Positions 1-12,551 of a stretch of 64,000 nucleotides of DNA are shown one piece after another. The notes beneath the pieces were generated by a model. It ran no database searches, was not told where the DNA came from, and worked only from the letters and a program-made list of their open reading frames with translations. The translations under genes and the position numbers were made by a program. Within the stretch, counting starts at the first letter, position 1, and the number at the start of each line of letters is the position of its first letter. Source of the stretch: Flaccisagitta enflata (taxonomy: Eukaryota); contig OZ231126.1 of NCBI GenBank assembly GCA_965153355.1, positions 27,094,001-27,158,000 of the forward strand, in the 5' to 3' direction.

Positions 1-202
1 GATTTCTCTCGATTTCTCTCTCGTGATCACTTTGTGGCCGCCTTTATTTTATACGTATACATGTAGTTTCTAGTGACTAATGAATTCATTTCTGAACGAG
101 GTATAGTCCGCTAGAACGAGTTTAACCTTAAACCTTACCGTTCGTTATTTGTAAATTGGCATCTTGACCATCTCTTTTACGTTTTGCATTATCTCTTTCA
201 AG

Positions 203-1246
203 GACCACGCCGCCGCCGCCATCGCCGCGGCCGGCGTCCCTGTCTACGCGTGGAAGGGAATGACGGACGAGGAGTACCTTTGGTGCATCGAGCAAACCAT
301 CTTCTTCCCAGACGGGCAACCCCTCAACATGATCCTCGACGACGGCGGCGACTTGACCAACCTCATCCACACCAAATACCCCCACTTGCTCGATGGCATC
401 TACGGCTGCTCCGAGGAGACCACCACGGGCGTCCACAATCTCTACAAGCTCCACAAGAAGGGACTTCTCAAGATCCCCGCCATCAACGTCAACGACTCCG
501 TCACCAAATCCAAGTTTGACAACCTCTACGGCTGCCGGGAGTCGCTCGTCGATGGCATCAAGCGCGCCACCGACATCATGATCGCCGGCAAGGTCGCCGT
601 CGTCGCCGGATACGGTGACGTGGGCAAAGGCAGCGCTCAGGCTCTCCGCGCTTTCGGCGCCCGCGTCTTGGTCACGGAAATCGATCCCATCAACGCCCTG
701 CAAGCCGCCATGGAAGGCTTCGAGGTCACCACCATGGACGAGGCCTGCAAGGAAGCTCGCATCTTTGTCACCACCACGGGCTGCTCCGGCATCATCGAGG
801 GCCGCCATTTCGAACAAATGTTGGAAGACGCCATCGTCTGCAACATCGGACATTTCGACTGCGAGATCGACGCCGCCTGGCTGAACGAAAACGCCGTTAA
901 GAGTAACGTGAAGCCCCAAGTCGATCGCTACACCCTCAAAGACGGCAAACACATCATCCTCCTCGCCGAGGGCCGTCTGGTCAATCTCGGATGCGCCATG
1001 GGTCATCCCTCATTCGTCATGAGCAATTCCTTCGCCAATCAAGTCCTCGCCCAAATCGAACTCTGGACCCGTCACGCCGAATACAAGGTCGGCGTCTACA
1101 TGCTCCCCAAGAAGCTCGACGAGGAGGTCGCAGAAGCTCATTTGGAGCATCTCGGCGTCAAGATCACTACTCTCACCAAGGACCAATCCGATTACTTGGG
1201 CATCCCGCAATTCGGACCTTACAAGCCCGACCACTACAGATATTAA
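203..1246 (+). CDS. AHCY: Adenosylhomocysteinase (SAH hydrolase), terminal coding exon; upstream exon(s) lie outside the window
   Basis: Translation DHAAAAIA...LDDGGDLT...SEETTTGV...[10 protein letters not shown]...GYGDVGKG...[21 protein letters not shown]...PYKPDHYRY* carries the hallmark AHCY motifs. Homology starts at 203, right after acceptor ctctttcaAG (201-202, phase 0). TAA at 1244-1246, AATAAA at 1269-1274. Confidence 0.97.
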   Translation, partial: DHAAAAIAAAGVPVYAWKGMTDEEYLWCIEQTIFFPDGQPLNMILDDGGDLTNLIHTKYPHLLDGIYGCSEETTTGVHNLYKLHKKGLLKIPAINVNDSVTKSKFDNLYGCRESLVDGIKRATDIMIAGKVAVVAGYGDVGKGSAQALRAFGARVLVTEIDPINALQAAMEGFEVTTMDEACKEARIFVTTTGCSGIIEGRHFEQMLEDAIVCNIGHFDCEIDAAWLNENAVKSNVKPQVDRYTLKDGKHIILLAEGRLVNLGCAMGHPSFVMSNSFANQVLAQIELWTRHAEYKVGVYMLPKKLDEEVAEAHLEHLGVKITTLTKDQSDYLGIPQFGPYKPDHYRY

Positions 1247-1814
1247 ACTGGAGTCGCGCGGGTCGTGAAATAAACGGAGAAGTGACTCATGAAAAAAAAA
1301 CACAAAACAAAATAAAAAAAAAAAAAACTTAAAACCGCGCGTTTCTGCGTGCCTTTCCATGCATAACGAGTGATAGATAGTCTTTAATACCGAAATCAGT
1401 ATTTTAAATGAGGAGAAAATTGAGTCAATTTGAGATTTTGTCACGTTATTTTCAAGCATCGTCAACGCAACTTCTGTGAATGTTGTTTGTATTTCTATTT
1501 TGTCGTTTACATTTACATCCGTTACCTCGCTTCATTTGCTCCAATGTTTTGCCCTGGATTCTTACATTTATTTTCTGTGTCAAGATCAAAGTTTCCAGTC
1601 AGAATATTTTCGAAAATATTTTTACTGTGCAAAGAAACCGGATATATATACTTATTATTCAATCCCGCATGCGTCATTCTAACGTCACCACGGAATGCCT
1701 TACATGATCGGTTTAATCATGGCAGACCTAGTCTTTGTACTTCTTACTCGGAACGTTTATAGTCAGTCATTTCTTTCTATATCCATCGTTTCTTTTGAAT
1801 CTTTTAAAACTTTT

Positions 1815-1850
1815 TACACAAAACATTCTTTTTTTCCTGTTACTGTTAAG
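1815..1850 (+). promoter_or_regulatory. Candidate unpaired 3' splice (trans-splice) acceptor upstream of MAT
   Basis: ttctttttttcctgttactgttaAG (AG 1849-1850) ends a long T-rich stretch and is followed by an A-rich, ATG-free 154-nt leader up to ATG 2005. I saw no consensus GTRAG donor between the AHCY stop and this site. Confidence 0.35.
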
Positions 1851-2004
1851 ATTATTAACTTTTGGAAACGCGATCCGCGGATCATCGTGCCAAAAAAAAC
1901 CTAATTGTAAACAAAAACAAGAGAATTCTCAAAAGAAAAACTTGCTAACACTATCTCTTATCGTCTTAAAACCTTCCGACGAATAAAAAACCTAACAATC
2001 AAAA

Positions 2005-2276
2005 ATGGCAGATTTCGACTCTTGCAACAAAGTTGGACAACAAGACATTGAGTCTTTCCTCTTCACCTCCGAATCCGTTGGAGAAGGTTAGTTCAATATA
2101 GATTCATTTTGTCTGTCCCTTTGTCTGTTATCCGACTAATCTAGCGACTGTGTTAAATACACTGTTAGTCTGCTGTTTTCTGTCATGCGGTCTGACAAAT
2201 GACGATGTTTGTCATTTTCTATCTTTATGCGTATACTTGGCCTTGGCCCTGTTCGGTCCGTCTTCCTTCCTTCCTT

Positions 2277-2347
<71 letters not shown>

Positions 2348-2415
2348 TCTCTCTCTTCCCTTTCTCCCTCTCTCTCCCTTTCCTCCCTTCTCTCTTCTCT
2401 CTCTCCTTTCCTTCC

Positions 2416-2492
<77 letters not shown>

Positions 2493-5400
2493 CTTTCCTT
2501 CCCTACTTCCTTCCTTTCTTCCTTTCTTCGTTCCCTCCTTCACTCACTCACTGCCACTCAATTTCATCCTCTTTCTCACTCGCTTACTCATTCTCTCACT
2601 GCCATTCAATTTCATCTTCCGTATTTACTTCGTTCCCCTTCACAGGTCATCCCGACAAGATCTGCGATCAAGTGTCTGATGCCATCCTCGATGCTCACCT
2701 CAAACAAGACCCCAACGCCAAAGTCGCCTGCGAAACGGTCAGTTTTCTTCCTACCTTTTTTGCTTTTGAAACTTGAAAGAGGGGATTAGCTAGATCCTTT
2801 CAAAGTTGGTTTGATTCTTCGTTTTTGAAAACAAAATTTCCTCGCCTGGACAGTTTTTTTTTTGTTCCTTCAGAACCGATAATCTAATCCCCTTACAGGT
2901 TTTGGCCGCAAAATACCTTGGTTTGAAAAAGAAAACTTCTGCGAAACCTTTTTGTTTATCAAAATATCAGTATAATTTGGCCTTAAAAGGATTTTATCTT
3001 CGTCCTTGAGGCCACTCACCCAGTTACAGTATACAATCCCTTGTCAGTGCACTTGGGGAGTAGAGAGAAGACGTACGTGAGTTTCATCGTTCCCAAAAAA
3101 TTTTCCATCCTCGTTCTCTAATTTATCTAGACCTCAAGCCCTTGGACATGAAACAGTTGGCAGTTTTGAACTTTCTTCAGAATTTGTGAGACCATTAATA
3201 ACCCTCGGGCGCTGCCAAAAGATCTCTGGTCGAACATTGATGAGTTTATACAACTACGCAAAAGACCTTGATATTCATTCGGTTTGTCAGTCTGTCTGTT
3301 CCTATCCATTTTTATTCTTCAGCTGTTAGTCTGCCCAGTGTGCCTTTGGGTCTGTGCATGTCTTTTCGAATTTTATGGCGTTTATCTTTAAACTTGAGAG
3401 AAAAGTTCATCTTGGCAGAGTTCACCGTCTTTGACGTGGCAAAGTGGTAATTGTTTCAAGAATGCTCGAAGGTTGAGGACAAAGTATGGGAGAGAATGAG
3501 AAAGGGTGAAAATGGAAAGCGCAAAAAGGAAGAATTGAGTATTTGACAGATTGAAAAGATGAACTTGTTAAAATGGCTGATCCTTCTTTGAATCTATGTT
3601 TCAACAAGGCCGGATACACGGCCAATACCAGTCGCGGACGGGTGGGCAGGGGCGGAAATGTGTGTTTTCCCACTTTCCGACTCGATCACCACGGACCAAC
3701 CGACCGACCGACCAACCAACCAACCAACCAACGGACGGACGGACAAAGCCTCTTATAGAGTCGCTAGTCCGCGACTAAAAAGTGGCATTATTATTACCTA
3801 ATTAACAGTATACACAAGAAAAAAATCACGTTTCATGCCCATTTTCTTTCCTCTGATGGTTCTGTCAACCCGAGATAATGAACTAAACTCAAATCCAATT
3901 ATCCCCAATTTGCATATCTCTAATCCCTTGTCCATGATGGCCTGGGGCCATCGAGGCTGCTACTTAGTATGAGCTTTGTGTGCCGACTTATTTGATACTT
4001 ATTTCGATATCCTTCTTTTCCCTTCTGATGCTCTCAGGTCGCCAAGACTGGTATGATCCTCGTCTGCGGAGAAATCACCTCCAAAGCCGTCGTCGACTAT
4101 CAAAAAGTCATCCGCGACACCATCGAACATATCGGCTACGACGACTCCTCTAAAGGATTCGACCATAAGACCTGCAACGTCTTGGTCGCCCTCGAACAAC
4201 AGTCCCCCGATATCGCTCAAGGTGAGAGAAAAAGGCCTCTAGTCTAGTAGACGATTTGAAATACATTATCATCCTCTTGATCCTCATCATCGTCGTCGTT
4301 TTCATCATGTCACTCATCCTCTTCATCACCGTCCATATCCATTACTCATCATTATCCGCTTGTATTTCATCATCTTCTTCATCATCATCATCATCATCGT
4401 CATCATCATCATCCTCTTTTTCTCATCCTCTTTTCCTCTTCATCATCTTCCTCTTTATTATCCTCTTCATCATTGTCATCCTCTTCATTATCATAAAAAT
4501 CTTCGTCATCCTTTTCCTCCTTCATCGTCATCCTCCTCTGTCGTCTTCCTCCAATTACGGAAGCATTTTCATCTCTTTGCCATTTTACCTGATCATCATC
4601 ATCATCATCATCATCTTTATCTTCATCATTATCCCTCTCATAATCTTCCTCCTTTTTGGGCAGCGGCCCTGAAGGGGACGAAGTCCTGTAGAACAGGGGA
4701 ACTTTCATTCGTTCGTCCATTTGTTCGTTCGTTTGTTCGTCCCCCCCTCACCAGGCCCCTCAGGCCCCAAATCTGGCCTCTGAGACCTCAAATCTGGCCT
4801 CTCAGGCCTCAAATCCGGCCTCTCAGGCCTCAAATCCAACCTCTCAGGTCTCAAACCTGGCCTCTCAGGCCTCAAATTAGGCTTCTCCGGCCTCAAATCT
4901 AAATTTTCAGGCTTCAAACTTGGCCTCTCAGGTCTCAAATTAGGCCTCTCAGGCCTCAAATCAGGCATCTCAGGCCTTAAATCAGCTATCTAAGCCTCAA
5001 TTTATTGCTCTCAGGCTTCAAATCAGTCGTCTGACCTTTCAAGCCTTAATCCAGCTCTCTCAAGCATCAAATCAGCCCTCTCAAGCTTCCAATTGGCATT
5101 CTGCGGCCTTTCATCAGCCGTCTTAGACCTCAGTTTAGGCTCTTGAAGGCCTTCAGTAAGCCCTCTATAGCATCTCATCCACTTCTTTAGGCAGGATGAA
5201 CAAAAGTCCCCCTGTGTTCTACAGGACTTTGTCCCCTTCGGGGCCGCTGCCCTGCTTCCCCTCACTCCAATTCACAATCACTCAAAGCAGGGCAACGGGT
5301 ATCGCTGACCACATATTGCCCTTGGGCGACCTGTTCCTTTCCATGATAAACACCATCTTTTTCTCCTCTGTCGATTCTTCCTTGTTCTTTTCTACCCTCT

Positions 5401-7640
5401 GTTCTTTTCTTCCCTCTGTTCTTTGTGTTTCTTTCCTCTGTTCTTTCCTTACTTCCCTCGTTTATTTTATATTTCCATTAAAATTAAATCCGTCTTCTCT
5501 TTGAACATCTTTTTGTCTTCCTCCCACTTCTCAGGCGTGCACGTTGGTCGTGATGAGGATGAGACCGGAGCCGGAGATCAGGGACTCATGTTCGGCTACG
5601 CCACGGACGAGACCGAGGAAGCCATGCCCCTCACCGTCGTCCTCGCTCACAAACTCAACCAGAGAATGTCCGAACTCAGACGCAATGGAACCTGCAAGTG
5701 GCTCAGACCAGATTCCAAGACTCAGGTGAGTTGGATGTCTCAATGATTGGTTGATTAGGTTTTGAAAGATTGGATGACTGGGAGTGAAGGATTGATTGGT
5801 TTGATATGAATGAATGGCTTATTGGGGAATTGAGGATATGCTGATAAGCGACGAGGTCCTTGTTGATTTTGATTGATTGACTTGGTTAGACTGATTGACT
5901 GGCTTTGATTGATTGACTTGGTTGGATTGATTAACTGGTTTTGATTGATTGACTTGGTTTCTGGTTAGATTGATTGTGTTTGATCGTTTTACTGGCTTTT
6001 GTTTGACTGACAGGGTTTGTTTTGGGGACTGTTTGATTGGCTGACTGGTTTGGATTGACTTAGTTTGACTGATTGACTTGGTATGATTGATTGATTGACT
6101 GACTTGGTTTGATTGACTGACCGAGTTTGATTGAATGATTGGCTGGATTTGAATGAAAGTTTGACTAGATCTGCATGGACTAACCAATTACTTATTTGTC
6201 AACCCATCTCGTAAAACTTCGTCTTGCCTTTCCTTGCCACTCCAGGTCACCTGCGAATACTCTTTCAAGGATGGTGCTTGCATCCCAAAGCGCGTGCACA
6301 CTGTCGTCATCTCCGTTCAACACGACGAACACATCCAATTGGAGAACATGAGAGAGATCTTGATGAGCAGCGTGATTGTCCCCGTCATCCCCGCCAAGTA
6401 CTTGGATGAGAACACCATCTACCACTTGCAGGTAAATGAACTGGCAAAAAATGTGTTTTTCTCCCCTGGATGCTTATTTTCTGTCTGATACGATGATTCC
6501 TTAGGGACAAGGTTGCCATAAGTCTATCTTGTTACGTTGTTTGCTACCTTGCCAGTTTGCCGTTTTGCCAACTTGTCTATCATTTTTGTGCCACTCTGTT
6601 TGCCATGCCACTCGGTCTGCCGTGCCACATGGCCATATGGCCTCTTTGTTTGCATCTCTGTCATCCCGATGTTTGTTTTCCTGAGATTCTCCCAAAGTTC
6701 TTGACATTTTTGATTCACTTTTCAATTCAGCCTTCCGGCAAATTCATCATCGGCGGTCCCATGGGAGACGCCGGTTTGACAGGCCGCAAGATCATCGTCG
6801 ACACTTACGGAGGATGGGGCGCCCACGGTGGTGGCGCTTTCTCCGGCAAGGACTTCACCAAAGTGGATCGTTCCGCCGCCTACGCCGCCCGCTGGGTCGC
6901 CAAATCCCTCGTCAAGGCCGGACTCTGCAGACGCGTCTTGGTTCAAATCGCCTACGCTATCGGTATCGCCGAGCCACTCTCCATCACCGTCTTCAGGTTG
7001 GTTTTGCAACTCGCGTAGTTGTGTCTTGCCTATGATGTAAGCATTCTGATGGTTGGTCCGGAATTCTGAACACGATGATCGATTCCAGATGATCGAATCT
7101 TGCGTCTGGTTTTACTTTTTCTGTTTCTTCTCTCGTTTCCTGCATTTTAACTTTTGTTTCTAAATTCGTTTTCATCTAATCACTTCTTGCTCTTGACTCC
7201 TCTGGCTCTACTTCCAGTTTGCTTACTTCCGCCGTTTGTTCCTGTCTCTACCATTGCTTTTCCTTCCTCTGCTTCTTTGCTACTTCTGCATCTCTGCTTT
7301 CTCTGCTTCCTCTGCTCCTTTGCATTCTCTGCTATTTCGCTTCTCATGCAACTTTGCTTCCTCTCGCTTTTCTTTTGACTACGCTTCTGCGCCATTTTTT
7401 CATCTTAGCATCGATGCCAGTTAACAATCGCATTTTTCCTCTCCCTTTTGCAGCTACGGTACGTCGACAAAGAGCGAGCAAGAGCTTCTGGATATTGTCA
7501 AGAAGAACTTCGACCTCCGCCCAGGCAGAATCGTCAAGGACCTCCAATTGAAGAACCCCATCTACCAGAAGACCTCCGCTTACGGTCATTTCGGTCGCGA
7601 CGGCTTCACGTGGGAAAACGCCAAGAAGCTCGCGTTTTAA
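2005..7640 (+). CDS. MAT2A: S-adenosylmethionine synthetase (methionine adenosyltransferase), complete, 7 exons, 395 aa. Exons: 2005-2086, 2646-2737, 4038-4221, 5535-5725, 6246-6431, 6731-6996, 7454-7640
   Basis: All six introns are GT-AG with compatible phases (1,0,1,0,0,2); the spliced CDS is 1188 nt. Motifs [72 protein letters not shown]. The symbol denotes the MAT/SAMS family, not proven orthology to one vertebrate paralogue. Confidence 0.96.
3603..3781. mobile_element. Non-autonomous HINE/DINE-1-like element (family A) in MAT intron 2
   Basis: aacaaggccggatacacggc ... (GACC/GGAC)n microsatellite ... terminal hairpin agtcgc-tagtcc-gcgact followed by aaaa. Many related copies in the window. 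Confidence 0.7.
4655..5335. mobile_element. Interspersed element (family B) with internal ~21-bp tandem repeat, in MAT intron 3
   Basis: Starts ttttgggcagcggccctgaaggggacgaagtcc, contains (ctcaggcctcaaatctggcct)n and ends ...ttgcccttgggcgacctgtt. Reverse-complement copies start near 62520 and 63258. Confidence 0.75.
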
Positions 7641-9335
7641 AGAGAACAAGAATGAGAAAGAGTCTATTGTTAAGAAGAAAAAAAAGATCAGTTCTCTTTT
7701 TGTAGAAGTCCCGTCCATCGACCCGCTTAGTTGACAAGTTTTCTTCATTTTTTTTTTCAAACTCAAAGATCTAGCTTCCATTAGTATTTACTTTGTATGG
7801 TGATAGGGGAAAGTTGCCTCTTCGATCTTTTTAGGGCATTTCTACGCGTATGTATACATATTGTATATTCCTATGGTGTCTTTTAAGATCGTATGAAGTT
7901 GCATCTTTCCCAAAATCACTCTCCCGCCCCGTCGCCCCTTTCACAACAGTTTTTCTTTTCTCTCTCTCTCTCTCTCCTCTTCCCCCACTCAACTCGTAGT
8001 ATTATCATCATGTCGCATTTGTTTGCGTGTGGCGTGTGACATCTCTCTCTCTTTTTCGCGAAGTGGTGGAATGTGCTTTTATTTTATTTTTCCTCTTTCA
8101 CCCACTCGGCGTTTGGCGAAGGAGAGATAATATCTAATTACAGGGAGAGTCGTCGTTGTCGGCCTTCGTCTTGTGCGTGTTCCTACTTGCTCGTGTGTGT
8201 GGACAGAGGATGAAAAGAGTTGGGGGGAATATGCACGCTCATTTCGCGTGCAGTTCGCCCTGTCTCTCTTATCTAGTCTTTCCATCACGTGCTTGTCGGG
8301 CGCGTCCGAAAGAGACCTGTCGTCGCGAATTGGCTATTTGGCGGCTTTCGGGCCTATCTAGCCCAATTCCGGCGGCATCGGAGGCGTTGGCTCACGCCGT
8401 CGGTTCTCTTTGTTTGTTTACTGTTATTAGATATTCGTTCTCTGGAACCCCGATTCGAGTCTCTATTTTTTAGAAACGGAGAAGCGAATCGGCGACGCAT
8501 AAATATTAATGAATTCGTGTATACCGTTGTAGAACCGGAATTTTTCTTGCAGTTTGTGTATCCAATGCGTAGCGTGTTTTTAATTATTTTTTCCCTTCCA
8601 GATGTACACTTGTCCAATTTTTTTTCTTAGCAAAAAAGTATCATCGCGTTAGCGTTGTCTTTTAATTGGGATAAGAGGGCATTTATTTTCTTTTGTGGAG
8701 ACTTTTGAATTTGCCCATCTTTCGCCGTCATGGTACGATGAAAAAAATGAAATTGTATCCGATGCGAAGATGGCGTGTTTACAACTTCGTAATCGCTCTA
8801 TAGGAATTAAATTAACCGCGCGTTAACACAATTGTATACATATTTAGGAAACTTATTATTTTATATAAAAAAACATTGTTTGGAATCGTGTATGTGTGTA
8901 TTATTTTTTTGATCCGTCATCGGAAAGTTGTCAACCGAATGGTTTTGTATGAAAATCATTCGATTTATTACTAGTCAATGATGGGATGAAAAACGGGTAA
9001 CAAGGAATGGCATTGTAACTTGTGTATGACTTGTTATGAATCACTCCATCTTCATGACTTGAATGAAACAACATCGATGAATTTTGTGCACCTTCAATTC
9101 AAAATTATACTCAAATCCATTAATCACTTTCTTGATTTTTTGTATAGTCCTGTGAAATCCTAAGACTGAAGTGATGTTGGTGAAATATTGTAAGGTCTAG
9201 ACTCTAGCATTCCTTGACATCGATTGGCGGACCTGCAGATCAAACTGGGTTTCAAACGGATTGGTTTACGACTTGACTGTTTGGCTCACTGTCTGTCTCA
9301 TTTCTGTCTGACCCATTTTTAGATGCATCCGTCAG

Positions 9336-9583
9336 GAACGCATCTCTATAAGAGGGTCTGTCCGTCCGTCCGTCGGTCCGTTACGCCTGTGCAAAAACCG
9401 CGTTTTTCGGCAGTTTTTGGCCACGGTGAGATCCTACACTGAAACAAATGATCAACCCACATGTTGAGAGTCTTTTCACCCGTCTGTTCGTCCATCTGTC
9501 TCTCCATACATAAGTCACATGATCAATACACGCTGAGACACAGCCCAGACACAGCCCAGCATCGTTGCCCGGTCGGGCTTGTT
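9336..9583. mobile_element. HINE-like element
   Basis: ttttagatgc...gcatct hairpin, (GTCC)n tract, end gcccggtcgggcttgtt. Confidence 0.55.
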
Positions 9584-10309
9584 ACTGGCTTTCTGGCTGG
9601 TGTTTCTGACTGGGCAACTTGTTAGATTGATATCTAAATGACTCTCGAACGTGAGTTTCCATTACAAACTGATTGGGTTGTCTATTGATTTGCTGGCCTG
9701 TATAACTTACTGACTGACCTAATGATTGGCTTACAACATTGTCACAGACACTCCGGATAACGTTGGATGGATTTGTACGGGCCATGGAAATGGCGATCAC
9801 TGATGTACCGATTTACTTGCAGACTTACTAATTGGCTGACAGCCAGCTGACAGTCATTTGTTGGCTGGCTGATTGATTTGGTCGCTGAGTGATCTGGTCG
9901 CTCACTGACCGACCATCTCTGTGGTTATGAATGTTGTAATCTACGGTCGTACTTCGGTTGTACTCTCTGTCTGACAAAATTCGAAAGGATCAATCGTTTG
10001 AAATGAACACGTGGGTTTGATGATCGTTTCTCTCGTAATAGCAACGATCGCTTAAGTGCATTTTACTCGCGGTTGCACTTTTGAGCTCTCTTTGCTCATC
10101 ACATTTCCTCTCTCTCAACCTCATCGCGTGCATTTTACGAGGCATTACTTTCAGTTGCGCAAACGCAGCTTAGTACTCTGTCCATCGTTGACAAGTCCGC
10201 GTTGGACTGATTCTTTAGTCGTGTAAAACGAAGTAGGCTGTGAACCCAGTGTGTATCCTCGTCCATCCCACTCTTTAGACGCTTGCTAAACGACTAGATA
10301 AGATGGAGG

Positions 10310-10865
10310 CACTGCTGTCTCACATAAGGATTGAGACAAGAATGATATAACTGCGGTTTTTTTCATTTTTGCATAGGTAATGGATGTAAAAACCAGGAAC
10401 CATCTTGTAGAAAATCTTTCCTGGAGCGCTTTTAAAAAAAATTCAAGATTTTTAGCTTCATTTTACAAAAGACTTTTTTTCAGGTTGGTTTGACCTATTG
10501 TTTGATAGCTTAATATTAATCCTGATAGTATACCCTTTCATTTGATAGGTCGCACTAAATGGTTTTCATAAGAAATAAAATTTTCATTTTAAAGCCACCA
10601 TTACCAAATTACAATGTTGGACTAAAATATGAAAATTTCATTTCTTACAAAAACTATATAGTGCGACCTATCAAATGAATTGAAATTTTATCAGGATTAA
10701 CATTATGCTATCAAAAAATAGATCAAACTAACCTGGAAAATGAGCGCCCCAGGAAAGATTTTCTACATGATGGTTCTTGGTTTGTATATCTTTGACCGAT
10801 GCAAAAATGCAAAAAACCGTAAAGTTATGGCATTCTTGTTTCACAACTTAGGTGAGACAGCAGTG
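10310..10865. mobile_element. Palindromic MITE, diverged
   Basis: Ends cactgctgtctcac / gtgagacagcagtg; the arms stay imperfectly complementary along most of the length. No clean TSD. Confidence 0.75.
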
Positions 10866-11564
10866 TATGGCAACGCTTTTTGGGCAGCGGCCCTGGAGTG
10901 CTCAATGACCTATTAGTACTCGAACTAATAGGCAATTTGCTAGCAGAGCTGCAAGCAGAAATCTTAACTGCTCTGCTAGCAGAAACTTTTTTGCTGCAAG
11001 CAGAAAATAGCAGAAAATTTGAGTCTTTTTTTTTGTTTTTTCACGCAAATATTGTAAAAAATTTCATCAAAAAATTTTCTTTTTCACAAGAAAGAAAAAC
11101 TTAACTTGATTTTTTCCAAAATATTACATTAGCAACTATTGCATGTATTGTTTTAAAGACAGTAAAAACAAAACAAAAAAAGATTTTAAAATGTCAATTG
11201 ACATAGTTGCAACAAGAGTGAAACTGAGGAAGAAATGTCATGAAGGGGCAGCATCACTAAATCGTCATAAGAGAATCAGTAGATCCTTGTCACATTATTT
11301 GAGAACTCAGTGAATTGATCAGTTCCGATGCAAAAAGAATTTTATCTTGCTTTAATTGAGTTTGGTCTTGACGCAATAGGATCCACAGCCCACTCTTTCA
11401 GTTAAAATAGACTGGCCAAACAACTATTACCTTCTCTAACATTTTATACTTTGCTCCATAGAGTCAAAAAAATCTTCTACTCTAGAGATGCCCTAGCTCT
11501 TTTTACGTGTGTCAGACGATTTCATTATTTTCCCAAGCCCATATATCCCCCAGAACCCCCATGA

Positions 11565-12551
11565 GGGTGGTTTCATGACAGATCACCCAAACTGAAAACC
11601 CTAAAAAATAGAATTTGCTCTTTTTTGGTGTAAAGGTAGCCCTTGGGGAGATATTCAAGAATCCCGAAGATTTTCGCTCTCGGACCCATATTTTGGGTTT
11701 TGGGGGGCTTGAAATTTTGGGCCCCCCGGTTATCCCCAGAACTTTGAATAGCTATATCTCAGCTAATTTTTATAGTAAAAGGACAATCTTGGTGTCAATC
11801 TTCTTGTATTAACCCAAAGAATCTATTGGGGAAAAATTTGAACCAAAAAAAATCATTTTGGGGGTTTTTACCCCTAGGGGTAGTACCCCAGGGTACCCCG
11901 GGGTACCTAGTACGTAGAAATTTTGAAAAAAAAAGTTGGAAAAATATTCTTCTATGTTTGTGCTTTTATATTCAAGAATAAAAAATATGGGACCTCAACT
12001 CCTTAGTGCCCATATAAAGGGCCAAAAATGGGTGGTAGAGCCAATTTTGGAGGATTTTGGCATTTTTAGTCAAAATTGTTAAAAATGGCCTTACCACCCA
12101 TTTTTGGCCCTTTATATGGGCACTAAGGAGTTGAGGTCCCATATTTTTTATTCTTGAATCTGAAAGCACAAACATAGAAGAATATTTTTTCAACTTTTTT
12201 TTTCAAAATTTCCCGGGGTACCCCGGGGTACTACCCCTAGGGATAAAAACCCCCAAAATGATTTTTTTTTGTTCAAATTTTTTTCCCAACAGATTCTTTG
12301 AGTTAATACAAGAAGATTGACACCAAGATGTCCTATTACCATAAAAAATGGCTGAGATATGGCTTTTCAAAGTTTTGGGGGTAGCCCGGGGGGCCAAAAT
12401 TTGAAACCCCCGTAAAACCCAAAATATGGGTCCGAGAGCAAAAATCTTTGGGATTCTTGAATATCTCCCCAAGGGCCACCTTTACACCAAAAAAGAGCAA
12501 ATTCTATTTTTTTAGGGTTTTCAGTTTGAGTGATCTGTCATGAAACCACCC
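11565..12551. mobile_element. ~1-kb near-perfect palindromic (foldback) MITE
   Basis: gggtggtttcatgacagatcac ... gtgatctgtcatgaaaccaccc, complementary to the centre near 12060. Flanked by direct repeat ATGA (or CATGAG if the TIR is 1 nt shorter). Confidence 0.85.

Noticed and set aside
164-202. N-terminal [13 protein letters not shown] of the AHCY ORF
   Set aside because: Intronic polypyrimidine tract; homology starts at 203 and the true N-terminus is upstream of the window.
128-1006. 292-aa antisense ORF over AHCY, and similar antisense ORFs over MAT exons
   Set aside because: Shadow of strong C-ending codon bias on the sense strand; no independent evidence.
1235-1243. TACAGATAT at the AHCY 3' end as a METTL16 site
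   Set aside because: Explained by the conserved YRY C-terminus; mismatches UACAGARAA and no clear hairpin.
2136-2640. ER/LS-repeat ORFs here and many similar low-complexity ORFs elsewhere
   Set aside because: Translations of (CT)n, (GT)n, (TTC)n and tandem arrays.
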